Shown piece after piece: positions 55,101-64,000 of a stretch of 64,000 nt of DNA. Under the pieces are notes generated by a model. The model was not told where the DNA came from, made no database searches, and was given only the letters and a program-made list of their open reading frames with translations. A program made the translations under genes and the position numbers. Origin of the DNA: an uncultured candidatus Porisulfidus sp. GTDB lineage: Bacteria; Pseudomonadota; Gammaproteobacteria; Poriferisulfidales; Poriferisulfidaceae. The stretch spans positions 160,001 to 224,000 of the forward strand of contig CBDASZ010000002.1 in assembly GCA_965199755.1 (NCBI GenBank). Direction: 5' to 3'. The first letter of the stretch is position 1, and every line of letters starts with the position of its first letter.

Positions 55101-56818
55101 CAGGACTTCTTCTTGGTGGTCTTGCGCGCCGGTTTCTTGCGCGCGGCGGGTTTGCGGGTCGCCTGCTGCGGTTGATGTGGCGGAATGACTTCGTCATGTT
55201 CGTGCAGGTAAGAGTCCTGCACCGCGTAATTGTTGAAACGAATGGAGTAGTAGGAATCGAAGAACGGACGCAACTGCTCCTCAATACTGTCATCGTATTG
55301 CGGCTGCGCGTACAGCAACTTGCCGGTGTGATCCGCCACGAACTCGTGATCCTCAATGATCACGCGGCCGTCCTTGATGACATAGCGCGGCGCGTCGAAC
55401 ATGCGCTCGCGATCCTCATCATCGGTATACAACGTGATGTCGGCATCCGCGCCCACTCCGAGATGCCCTTTGCGCTTAAGGCCCAGCGCGCGGGCCGGTG
55501 CGGCGCGCGTGATGATGGCAATCTCGTACAGGCTGTATTCACGTTCCAGTTGCGGCAGCAGCGTCTGGCTGATCGCTTTCTGGTTGACCGCACCCATCAT
55601 TTCCTTGCGGAAGCCATAATCCATGAGCAGGCGGATCAGACGCGGATAGGTGCGGAATGACGCGCCGTTGGGGTGATCAGTCGAGAACATGACCCGCCAC
55701 GGGTCTTGCGACAGCAGGAACAACTCCAGACCAATCGCCCACTGCATGGTGTGCGTGAAATTATCTTCCTGATAGGAAAACGGCATGATGCCGCAGCCGC
55801 TTTCGCACTCGGTGTCGGCGTTCACCCACTTGGTGTCCTTGTTGCGCAGCATCCACGCAAGCGGCGCATCCGCGGTCATCGCGGTGGCCCTGCCGAACAG
55901 CACACAGCCGATATCGGTGGTGATGTTTTCATGCGTGTTGATGTAGTCGATAATCGCCTCGGAGCCGGTTTTGACGCGCGAACCCGGCTCACCACCGTAA
56001 CTGTGGAACTGGATATGCGCCATGTGCACCCGACGGCCTTCGGCCGATTTCATGGTGTCGATCGTGGTCGCGATATTGCCGCTGTGTCCGAGATTGTTAC
56101 AGTGAATGTGCGTCGGATGCGGCAGATTCAATTCGTCCACTGCCTCAATGAATGCGGAGGTGATTTGCAGAGGCGTGAGTTCAAACGGATCAATGGTCTG
56201 GTTAACATTGGTGACATTTTCGTTGCGCTTGCCTTTCCAGAGTTCATCGCTGCCTGCATTCACCAGTTTGACGGCTGTGGCACGGGTTGCATTGACCCAC
56301 CAGCCGATCGCATCCTTGAAATCCTGCTTGCGGCCTTCCTTTAGCAGGTCGTACAGGAACATGTTGTTACCCAGCAGGATATAGAAGCCCTTGTCAATCA
56401 CGGGCGTGTCGTGAAATTCCTCGATCACGTGCCGCGCCGCCATCGGCGGCACCGCGGCATCAAAGGCAGTGGTGTAACCCAGCATCGCATAGCGGTAGCC
56501 GGTGGCGAAGGTCGAAGGCGTGATGCCGCCGACGCCTGAGCGCGTCACCTCAGTGCCCGGATGCACGTCAAGGCGATGATCTTCAGGCTGCAGTTTGCGC
56601 GACAAATTGACCTTGGGCCCGGCAATATGGCAGTGGATGTCAACCCCGCCGGGCATCACCACCATGCCATGCGCGTTGATCGAGCGCGCCTGCTTCGAGA
56701 CCTTGTCCGTGATACGCCCGTCGCGTACCAGTACTTCGCGTACTTCGCCGTCCACGCCGTTGGCCGGGTCGTACACCCGCCCACCGTGAATGCGCAGTTC
56801 CGTGCCGTTGCCCGCCAC
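55100..56818 (-). CDS. fwdA: Formylmethanofuran dehydrogenase subunit A (FwdA/FhcA amidohydrolase)
   Basis: DIHCHIAGPKVN, KLVNAG, HIHCNNLG, HIQFHSYG, STDHPNG. Confidence 0.96.
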   Translation of the reverse strand: MAGNGTELRIHGGRVYDPANGVDGEVREVLVRDGRITDKVSKQARSINAHGMVVMPGGVDIHCHIAGPKVNLSRKLQPEDHRLDVHPGTEVTRSGVGGITPSTFATGYRYAMLGYTTAFDAAVPPMAARHVIEEFHDTPVIDKGFYILLGNNMFLYDLLKEGRKQDFKDAIGWWVNATRATAVKLVNAGSDELWKGKRNENVTNVNQTIDPFELTPLQITSAFIEAVDELNLPHPTHIHCNNLGHSGNIATTIDTMKSAEGRRVHMAHIQFHSYGGEPGSRVKTGSEAIIDYINTHENITTDIGCVLFGRATAMTADAPLAWMLRNKDTKWVNADTECESGCGIMPFSYQEDNFTHTMQWAIGLELFLLSQDPWRVMFSTDHPNGASFRTYPRLIRLLMDYGFRKEMMGAVNQKAISQTLLPQLEREYSLYEIAIITRAAPARALGLKRKGHLGVGADADITLYTDDEDRERMFDAPRYVIKDGRVIIEDHEFVADHTGKLLYAQPQYDDSIEEQLRPFFDSYYSIRFNNYAVQDSYLHEHDEVIPPHQPQQATRKPAARKKPARKTTKKKS

Positions 56819-56841
56819 TTGTGATATCCCGGTGTCTGGTT

Positions 56842-58203
56842 TCAGGCGGCGACCGCAAGAGAGCCGTTCGCGCGCAGCGCACGAAGCCGATCGTAAATGC
56901 CTTGCAACACGGTCTCATCGCTCGGAAACGGTGAGTCGAAAGCCGGACGCAGCGTAATCGGCACATCGTCCATGCGATATACCGTGCCACCCGTGTTGAT
57001 CCCGTAAGTCGCCACCATAAACGCCACCTGGGCCTGACGGCTGGTGTAGGTGGGCTTGGCGTCCAGCGTGATCAGCGGTATCTTCTTCAAGTGCTCAATC
57101 GCGCGCTTGGGGAAGTTCGAAGCCGGATCGGTGGCAATCATCATGGCCGCATCCGCATCGCCGCGCGCCAGCAGATCCACCGTGGTAAACTCACCCGGAT
57201 TGAAGCGAGGATAGCCGCGATGGAAGTTGACGCCAAAGGGGTAGCCGGTTTGCCAGGACACCACATTGTCGGCACCGGTCACATTGCCGTGACCGCGCAC
57301 CGGCTTGGCGACAAAATGGGTATGCTCATTGAGATCATTGGCTAATGCCAGCAAGGCACCTGAATTGAAATGCCGCCCGCGCGTCATGGTCAGTCCCATG
57401 CCGAAAAACAACACGCCATAGTTGCAATTCTTCATGCGCTCCACCAGCGCCTCGACGGTCTCGCGCGACACACCGGTTATCTCCTCTATATCTCCTGATA
57501 CGCGCCGCCCGCGCACCAGCGCGCGCAAAATCCACAGTAACTCGAAGTCGCGTCCGGGACGCACCTGGATGAATTCATCGGCGACCGGCGCACTGGGGGT
57601 CTTGCGGACGTCCACCAGCACCACATGGCGGTCTTTCTTGCCGTTCGGGATATAGCGACCTTTCGGTGTCACCGCGTAGCGTGTGAAGTGTCTTGGGTGG
57701 GACTCGGCGGGATTGCCGCCCCAGTAAATCACCAAGTCGGCGCGATTCTTGATCTCGCCGAGGGTCGCGGTGCTCTCGCCGACGCCCTGGAAAGCGATGC
57801 CCGAGGGCCCATGGCAGACCGACGTGGTAGTGTCGATATTGCCGCGTACCAGATCATTGATGGCGACGGCGACGCGCTGCGCCTCGCATGGCGAATCACT
57901 CAGCCCGTAGGTGATCGGAAAGCGCGCCTCATGCAAAATGCGCGCCGCATCGTCCATGGCATCCTCAAGCGGGGCCTCGCGGCCGTTGATCATGGCCATC
58001 GGATGATCTTCGATACCGTGATTCAGAAACCAGGCACGGCCCAGAACGCACGCATTCTTGGCCTTGGTGATGCGCATCTCATCCAGATCCACGGTCAAAT
58101 CCATGTCGTCGCACACGCAACCGCAGAAGGTGCAGGTGGCATCCTCAACAATGCGAATGTTGGGCGGAGTCTCTTTGTCCGGGGCCTCTTTGGTCTCGCT
58201 CAT
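56842..58203 (-). CDS. fwdB: Formylmethanofuran dehydrogenase subunit B (molybdopterin oxidoreductase fold)
   Basis: CTFCGCVCDD...NAC, SVCHGPS, TLGEIKNRAD, SHPRH, RGHGNV. Confidence 0.94.
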   Translation of the reverse strand: MSETKEAPDKETPPNIRIVEDATCTFCGCVCDDMDLTVDLDEMRITKAKNACVLGRAWFLNHGIEDHPMAMINGREAPLEDAMDDAARILHEARFPITYGLSDSPCEAQRVAVAINDLVRGNIDTTTSVCHGPSGIAFQGVGESTATLGEIKNRADLVIYWGGNPAESHPRHFTRYAVTPKGRYIPNGKKDRHVVLVDVRKTPSAPVADEFIQVRPGRDFELLWILRALVRGRRVSGDIEEITGVSRETVEALVERMKNCNYGVLFFGMGLTMTRGRHFNSGALLALANDLNEHTHFVAKPVRGHGNVTGADNVVSWQTGYPFGVNFHRGYPRFNPGEFTTVDLLARGDADAAMMIATDPASNFPKRAIEHLKKIPLITLDAKPTYTSRQAQVAFMVATYGINTGGTVYRMDDVPITLRPAFDSPFPSDETVLQGIYDRLRALRANGSLAVAA

Positions 58204-58246
58204 GGTCTTTCCTCTGATAATGCGCGTACGGGATTGGGGAATAGGT

Positions 58247-58603
58247 TCAGGAAGAGGCACCGAGCACTTCAAGTTCGACCACCATATGCTTGGATAAGGG
58301 CATCCCACTACCCGCGGTGTCACTTTCCATTAACTCGCTCGACGATGGGCCGTACGGAATAAACGCCATGCCGTCCGGTAAATCCTCGTCCTTGCGCGGC
58401 TTGCCGCACACCACCTCGACCGTTCCGGTCGGGCAGGACAGGCGCACCTTGTCACCGACGCTCAGATCGAGCCGGGCCATCAGGCTCTCGTTCAACTCCA
58501 GCGTTGAGGTGACGGTCTGATACTCCTCCTTGAGCTTGCCTCCATTGAGGGAGGTGCCCTGCTTGTTCGACCGTCCTGGAATCAGGATCAACTGTTCGGG
58601 CAT
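58247..58603 (-). CDS. fwdD: Formylmethanofuran dehydrogenase subunit D (molybdopterin dinucleotide-binding)
   Basis: ILIPGRSNKQG, GMAFIPYGP, TAGSGMP; directly upstream of fwdB. Confidence 0.85.
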   Translation of the reverse strand: MPEQLILIPGRSNKQGTSLNGGKLKEEYQTVTSTLELNESLMARLDLSVGDKVRLSCPTGTVEVVCGKPRKDEDLPDGMAFIPYGPSSSELMESDTAGSGMPLSKHMVVELEVLGASS

Positions 58604-58865
58604 GGCCACATCGTGCGGCTTCTGTAGGAAGCACGGATTATACAGGATACCCCGCAAGCGCTATAAGGATTGCAGGGTGTGGTGCGGGTGGGGATTTTCG
58701 ACTTGAACGGTGTCGGCAGCACTGAAAGAATTGACCACTCTACCACTGCAGATTCAGATTGATCCGCGCACCACTACCATCGCTGTGGCTGGTAAACGCT
58801 TCCACACCCAGGTAGCGCAGAGGCTAGGCCGCCGGAAAGGCTAGAAAGAGTGTCACGGGGGCTTG

Positions 58866-58879
58866 CCCCCCCCCCCCCC
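58866..58879. repeat. C14 homopolymer, part of a GGGGG-CTTG-CCCCC hairpin
   Basis: Counted directly in the truB-fwdD intergenic region. Confidence 0.9.
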
Positions 58880-58981
58880 TAATATGGATTGGCATTGCGC
58901 TCAGGGGGCTCATGCGTTGCAATTCCAACTGAATGATGTTTACGGCAAGTCCAGGTTTTCATATAGCATAAGACAGGCGCT

Positions 58982-59875
58982 TCAGTCCAGAGGCAGCAGA
59001 CGTTTCGGGCGCAAAAGACCTTCGGCATCTGCTTCGCCCAAACCCAGAAAATCCCCCTGCTCCGTATACAACCGAACTGGCCCGGACCGCCCAGAATCCA
59101 CCACCACGCGCCCTTCCTTTAACGCGCACCCCTCCTGCATCGTGCAGTGATATTGCGGCCAGTCGGGCAAGCCGTCTTCATCCGGCAGCAAGCGAGCCAT
59201 CCGCGCAGCCTCAGAAAGTGCCTCCAGATCATCCAGACGCATGGCCTGAGCCACATCGAATGGCCCCACCCGCAGGCGCCGCAAACTTCGAACATAGGCA
59301 CCACAGCCCAACGCCTCACCCAGATCCGCTCCCAGTGTCCGCACATACAATCCCTTGCTGGCGTCGACTTCAAGCTCCCATTCATCGCCGCGCGCCGTAT
59401 ACAATTCCAGACGCCGCACTTCCACTGTGCGCGGCTGACGCGCCACCACTTCGCCGCGCCGCGCCAAACGATACAGCCGCGTGCCGTCAATCTGCACCGC
59501 CGAATACATCGGCGGAATCTGCTGAATGGAGCCACGAAACCGCGCAAGCACAGCCTCAATTTCCGCAGCGCTCAACTCCGGCACCGGATTCGGTGAGGCT
59601 TGCTCCACCTCTCCTTCGCTGTCCTGCGTTGCGGTGCGCACACCCAAACACAACGTAAAACGATATGACTTCTGTGCGTCCAGCAAATAACCGCACCAGC
59701 GCGTGGTCGCCCCCACCGCGATCACCAGCAAACCCTCCGCCAAAGGATCCAGCGTGCCGGTATGCCCTACACGTTGCACTGAAAACAAACGCTTGACGCG
59801 CGCGACCACGCGCGCGGAACTCGGCCCGGATTCCTTGTCGAGCAGCAACCAGCCAGACGGTGTCTTCGCGGTCAC
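58982..59875 (-). CDS. truB: tRNA pseudouridine(55) synthase
   Basis: LLLDK, GHTGTLDPLA, QIPPMYSA, SKGLYVRTL. Confidence 0.97.
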   Translation of the reverse strand: MTAKTPSGWLLLDKESGPSSARVVARVKRLFSVQRVGHTGTLDPLAEGLLVIAVGATTRWCGYLLDAQKSYRFTLCLGVRTATQDSEGEVEQASPNPVPELSAAEIEAVLARFRGSIQQIPPMYSAVQIDGTRLYRLARRGEVVARQPRTVEVRRLELYTARGDEWELEVDASKGLYVRTLGADLGEALGCGAYVRSLRRLRVGPFDVAQAMRLDDLEALSEAARMARLLPDEDGLPDWPQYHCTMQEGCALKEGRVVVDSGRSGPVRLYTEQGDFLGLGEADAEGLLRPKRLLPLD

Positions 59876-60240
59876 GAAGTCGGTGGCAGGGCGTCGCGCA
59901 GCAGACGTTCAATGCGCTGCGCGCGTTCAGCAGTCTCGTCGAGTACGAACTTCAACGTCGGGGTATTCCGCAAGCCACCACGTGCGGCCAGCAGGCTGCG
60001 CAAATACGTGCGACTGCTCTCCAGTCCCTGCTCCACCTCCGCTGCGCGGGTGACCGATGCGCCAAGCACATAAACCGTCGCATGACGCAAATCCGTGCTC
60101 AAAGACACTTCGGAAATACTCAACTGCTGCAGGCGCGGATCCTGAATGTCGCGCCTCAGCGCGGTCGCTAGCACCCGACGCACCACTTCCGCGACCGCGG
60201 CCGGGCGATGGCGTCGATGCTCAGGGACCTTGCCTTTCAT
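59872..60240 (-). CDS. rbfA: Ribosome-binding factor A
   Basis: IQDPRL, VSLSTDLRHATVY, LRNTPTLKF; lies between infB and truB. Confidence 0.93.
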   Translation of the reverse strand: MKGKVPEHRRHRPAAVAEVVRRVLATALRRDIQDPRLQQLSISEVSLSTDLRHATVYVLGASVTRAAEVEQGLESSRTYLRSLLAARGGLRNTPTLKFVLDETAERAQRIERLLRDALPPTS

Positions 60241-60284
60241 GCTCCGATCCACTACAGGTTTCAGAGGGCGGATGGCGGACTGCG

Positions 60285-62717
60285 CTATAGCGTACGCGCC
60301 GTCTCCACCCGACGATAGACTTCGATCTGGTCGCGCACTTGTACGTCGTTGTACTTGGCGACGGCAATGCCGCATTCGGTGCCAGAAGCCACTTCTGTGA
60401 CATCATCCTTGTGCCGGCGCAGCGATTCCAGTTCGCCTTCATAGATCACCACTTCATCACGTAGCACCCGGATCGGATAGCCGCGCAATACAGACCCTTC
60501 GGTCACCCGACAGCCCGCCACTGTGCCCATCTTGCTGGAGGAATACACTTCCAGCACTTCGGCCAGTCCCACCATCTCCTCGCGTACTTCCGGCTGCAAC
60601 TGCCGCTCCAGCATCTGGCGAACATCATCAATCAACTCATAAATCACGCTGTAGTGCCGAAACTCCAGACCTCGATCGGAGATCATGCGTCGCGCCGCAG
60701 TGTCGGCGCGAACATTGAAGCCCAGCAGTGTGCTGCCTGAAGTCTCCGCCAGCGAGGTGTCCGACTGCGTGATGCCGCCGACCCCCACATGCACCAGATT
60801 CACTTCCGCCTCCTCCGTCGCCAGCGCCGCCAGCGACTCGCGCAAGGCCTCTGCGCTACCGCGCACATCCGCCTTGAGAATAATGTTGAGCGTCACCATA
60901 CCGGCCGCATTCATCTGATCAGGCCAGTCGAAATTAATCCCTGGCTGCTGTATCTCGCGCAGCGCACCGTTGCGCTGTTTGCGTCCTTCGGCAATCTCGC
61001 GGACTTTTGATTCATCCTTCAGCACGTGCATCGGGTCACCGGCCTGCGGTACTTTTGACAAGCCCAGCAACTGTACCGGCACCGAAGGCCCGGCCTGCTT
61101 GAGCGACTTGCCTGCATCATTGAGCATCACCCGCACGCGCCCGGATTCCTCACCGCACAAAATCAGATCGCGCGGCTTGAGACAACCGGCCTGCACCAGC
61201 ACTGTTGTCACCACGCCGCGACCGCGATCCAGACTGGACTCCACCACCACGCCGCGCGCCATACCACCCGCAGGTGCCTTCAATTCCAGCATTTCAGCCT
61301 GCAGCGAAATCGCCTCCAGCAAATCCTCAACGCCCTCGCCGGTCTTCGCCGACATGGGCACAAACACCGTGTCGCCGCCCCAGGTCTCATCCTGTACTTG
61401 CAGCGCCGCCAGTTCCTTGCGCACTCGATCAATATCCGCTTCCGTCTTGTCCATCTTGTTGACCGCCACAATGATCGGCACTTCCGCCGCACGTGCATGC
61501 TGCACCGCCTCTTCGGTTTGCGGCTTGACGCCGTCGTCCGCCGCCACTACCAACACGACAATGTCAGTGCTGTGCGCTCCACGCGAGCGCATCGCGGTAA
61601 ACGCGGCATGGCCCGGAGTGTCCAGAAATGTAATCTCCCCGTACGCCGTCTCAACTTGATAAGCGCCAATATGCTGGGTGATGCCGCCGGCTTCCCCCGC
61701 CACCACGCGGGTGTCACGGATATAGTCCAGCAATGATGTCTTGCCATGATCCACATGACCCATTACGGTCACTACGGGTGGGCGAGTCTGTGCCTCACCT
61801 TCCGGCACCGACAGTCGCTCCAGTTCCCCTTCCTCGTCTTCCGCCTGTACGCGAACCGCCTTGTGACCGAGCATCTCCACCACCAGTTCCGCCTGCTCCG
61901 GTGACACAATATCCTCCAGCGACACTTCCTCTTCCAGACTTTCCAGCGCCGACAGCACCTCGCTGGCCTTGACCGCCATCGCCTGCGCCAGTTTCACCAC
62001 CTGAATATCACCGCTCAGTAACACTTCGCGTGCCACCCGATCCTTCGGCCGCTCAAATTCATTGCGCTTGGCGACTTTTACCGGCGCGGTCTTCTTCACC
62101 CGCCGACGTCTGCGGCTGTCGTGCCCATCTTCGATTTCCAGCCGACCGCGCTGTTTGCGGTCCTGCTTCGCCGAGGCCTTCGCGGCGGGACGTCCCTTGC
62201 GCTGCTGTGCGCCAGAACGTTTGCCTGATGCCGGTTTCGCGTCACGTCGCTGTGTCCCCGCCTCAGATCGGGGCGGTGTCGGCTGTGCTTCGGCTTTGGG
62301 TGCCGAAGTCTCCTCCACCGGAGGAGCAATCTGTTCATCAGTACGCGCGGGAGTCTCCGGCTCCGCCTCTGGCTGCGGTGCCGTCTCCGCGGCCGGCTTA
62401 CGCGCCTCTTTGTCGCTCTGACCAGGGGGAGACAGTGATAACGGTGCCGGTCGCGCCTTGGTCTGACGTCCCTTGCGCCTCACCTTGACTAAATTGCGCC
62501 CACCGCCGGTGCGCGATACTTCAACCGGACCCGAACGTGCCGCAGTCTTGCGCGTCTTTTGCGCCCCTACCACCAGATAACTGCGCAGACGCTTCTTGTC
62601 GTCTTCGCTCAGCGTGTCGTCTTCACCGCTCTTGCTGAGTCCGGCCAAAGCGCACCACTCCAGGACTTCCTGGGGCGGCTTCTTCAGCGTCGCGGCAAAT
62701 TCGGCGATCGTTAGCAT
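60285..62717 (-). CDS. infB: Translation initiation factor IF-2
   Basis: MGHVDHGKTSLLD, GGITQHIGAY, DTPGHAAF, NKMD. Confidence 0.99.
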   Translation of the reverse strand: MLTIAEFAATLKKPPQEVLEWCALAGLSKSGEDDTLSEDDKKRLRSYLVVGAQKTRKTAARSGPVEVSRTGGGRNLVKVRRKGRQTKARPAPLSLSPPGQSDKEARKPAAETAPQPEAEPETPARTDEQIAPPVEETSAPKAEAQPTPPRSEAGTQRRDAKPASGKRSGAQQRKGRPAAKASAKQDRKQRGRLEIEDGHDSRRRRRVKKTAPVKVAKRNEFERPKDRVAREVLLSGDIQVVKLAQAMAVKASEVLSALESLEEEVSLEDIVSPEQAELVVEMLGHKAVRVQAEDEEGELERLSVPEGEAQTRPPVVTVMGHVDHGKTSLLDYIRDTRVVAGEAGGITQHIGAYQVETAYGEITFLDTPGHAAFTAMRSRGAHSTDIVVLVVAADDGVKPQTEEAVQHARAAEVPIIVAVNKMDKTEADIDRVRKELAALQVQDETWGGDTVFVPMSAKTGEGVEDLLEAISLQAEMLELKAPAGGMARGVVVESSLDRGRGVVTTVLVQAGCLKPRDLILCGEESGRVRVMLNDAGKSLKQAGPSVPVQLLGLSKVPQAGDPMHVLKDESKVREIAEGRKQRNGALREIQQPGINFDWPDQMNAAGMVTLNIILKADVRGSAEALRESLAALATEEAEVNLVHVGVGGITQSDTSLAETSGSTLLGFNVRADTAARRMISDRGLEFRHYSVIYELIDDVRQMLERQLQPEVREEMVGLAEVLEVYSSSKMGTVAGCRVTEGSVLRGYPIRVLRDEVVIYEGELESLRRHKDDVTEVASGTECGIAVAKYNDVQVRDQIEVYRRVETARTL

Positions 62718-62726
62718 GGGTCGTCC

Positions 62727-64000
62727 TCAACTCTCCGCAGCAGCGGCTGAATCGTCATCTTCCGCCTCCTGAGAGGCTTCCAGCACCAGATTCTCGCGCG
62801 CCTTCATGATCAACTCACCTGCGCGCTCCTCTTCCAGACCATCGATCGGCGGCAACTCATCCAGCGCCAGCTCGGCCAACTGCCGGCGGGTCGTGATGCC
62901 GTGCATGGTGAACTGTAAGGCCAGGTCAATATCCATGCCGTCCACATTCAGAAGGTCTTCATCCTCGGAACTCTCGGTGCGGGATTCGATGCTGTCGCGA
63001 GCACGCTCGCGAAGCTCCAGCGCCACCTGCTCGTTGAACTCATCAATTTCCGCCAGTTCCTGATCCGTAGCGTAGGCCAGTTCGTGCACTTCCCGATAGC
63101 CATTTTCAACCAGAATCGCCGCGATGTATTCGTCCACGTCGAGTTCTTCCTGAAACTGCTCCTCCAGCGCCCGCTGCTCCTGCTCGGTCTTTTCGCGCAA
63201 CTCCTGCACCGTCATTACATTCAGCGTCCAGCCGGTCAACTGACTGGCCAGCCGCACGTTCTGCCCGCTGCGCCCGATCGCCTGCGACAGCCGCTCCTCT
63301 TCCACGGCAATATCCATGACGTTGTTCTCATCGTCCTGCACAATCTCATCGACCGCCGGCAGCGACATCGCGTTGATCACATACTGGGCGGGATTCTCAT
63401 GCCAAGTGATGATGTCGATGCGCTCCCCGGATAACTCGTTGGACACCGCCTGTACGCGCGATCCGCGCATGCCGACGCAAGCGCCGACCGGATCCACACG
63501 GGAATCGTTGGTGCGCACCGCAATCTTGGCGCGAATGCCCGGATCCCGCGCCGCATCCATAATCTCAATGATGCCCTGATCAATCTCCGGCACTTCGAGG
63601 CGAAACAGCATGATCAGAAACTGCGGGTCCGTGCGCGACAACAACAACTGTGGCCCGCGGGTGTCTTTGCGCACCTCGCGCAAATAAGCACGCAGACGGT
63701 CACCGCTTCGAATGATCTCGCGCTGGATGGTCTCGTCGCGCGGAATAAAGCCCTCCACGTTGCCGCCCAAGTCAATGTAGGCACCGGAATACTCCACGCG
63801 CTTGACAATGCCGGTCAGCAAATCGCCCACCTTGTCCTCATAAGCATCCGCAATCTGCGCTCGTTCCGCATCGCGCACGCGCTGCACGATCACCTGCTTG
63901 GCGGTATGCGCGGCGATGCGCGCAATATCCACTGAATCAATCGGCTCCTCGACATAGTCCCCGGCGGCAATGTCGGGATTGTTGTGTCGCTCCTGCGCGA
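62727..64000 (-). CDS. nusA: Transcription termination/antitermination factor NusA; 5' end lies outside the window
   Basis: RIAAHTAKQVI, ARDPGIRAKIAV, DPVGACVGMRGSRV, AIGRSGQNVRLA. Confidence 0.98.
   Translation of the reverse strand, partial: AQERHNNPDIAAGDYVEEPIDSVDIARIAAHTAKQVIVQRVRDAERAQIADAYEDKVGDLLTGIVKRVEYSGAYIDLGGNVEGFIPRDETIQREIIRSGDRLRAYLREVRKDTRGPQLLLSRTDPQFLIMLFRLEVPEIDQGIIEIMDAARDPGIRAKIAVRTNDSRVDPVGACVGMRGSRVQAVSNELSGERIDIITWHENPAQYVINAMSLPAVDEIVQDDENNVMDIAVEEERLSQAIGRSGQNVRLASQLTGWTLNVMTVQELREKTEQEQRALEEQFQEELDVDEYIAAILVENGYREVHELAYATDQELAEIDEFNEQVALELRERARDSIESRTESSEDEDLLNVDGMDIDLALQFTMHGITTRRQLAELALDELPPIDGLEEERAGELIMKARENLVLEASQEAEDDDSAAAAES

Overview
Chromosomal segment of a GC-rich gammaproteobacterium; gene content and several gene remnants suggest a sulfur-oxidiser-related, possibly host-associated lineage (inference). 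Bases 1-~6800 are a visibly AT-richer island. It carries a tightly coupled minus-strand operon: GHKL ATPase (split by a G13 tract), unknown protein, DUF6339-like protein, PAPS-reductase/PP-loop Fe-S protein and cysteine desulfurase (runs off the window edge). This is the best candidate for an undescribed sulfur-modification (phosphorothioate-like) defence system. The core genes are purEK, uvrB, rpsF-rpsR-rplI-dnaB-alr, rpmBG, tsaD, rpiA, murA-hisG-aroG-hisD, aroC, purC-recR-dnaX and nusA-infB-rbfA-truB. Other notable items: an orphan Cas6/Cmx6 coupled to a TauD-like gene, a phased DnaA-box array before dnaB, tandem glnK-amtB pairs with one divergent transporter, and an fwdDBA-ftr-fwdC cluster. 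In that cluster the B subunit keeps its Fe-S and Mo/W ligands, and a ferredoxin and a ferredoxin-NADP reductase follow. No tRNA, rRNA, CRISPR array, integrase or transposase was recognised. All family assignments come from motif recognition by eye, not from database searches.
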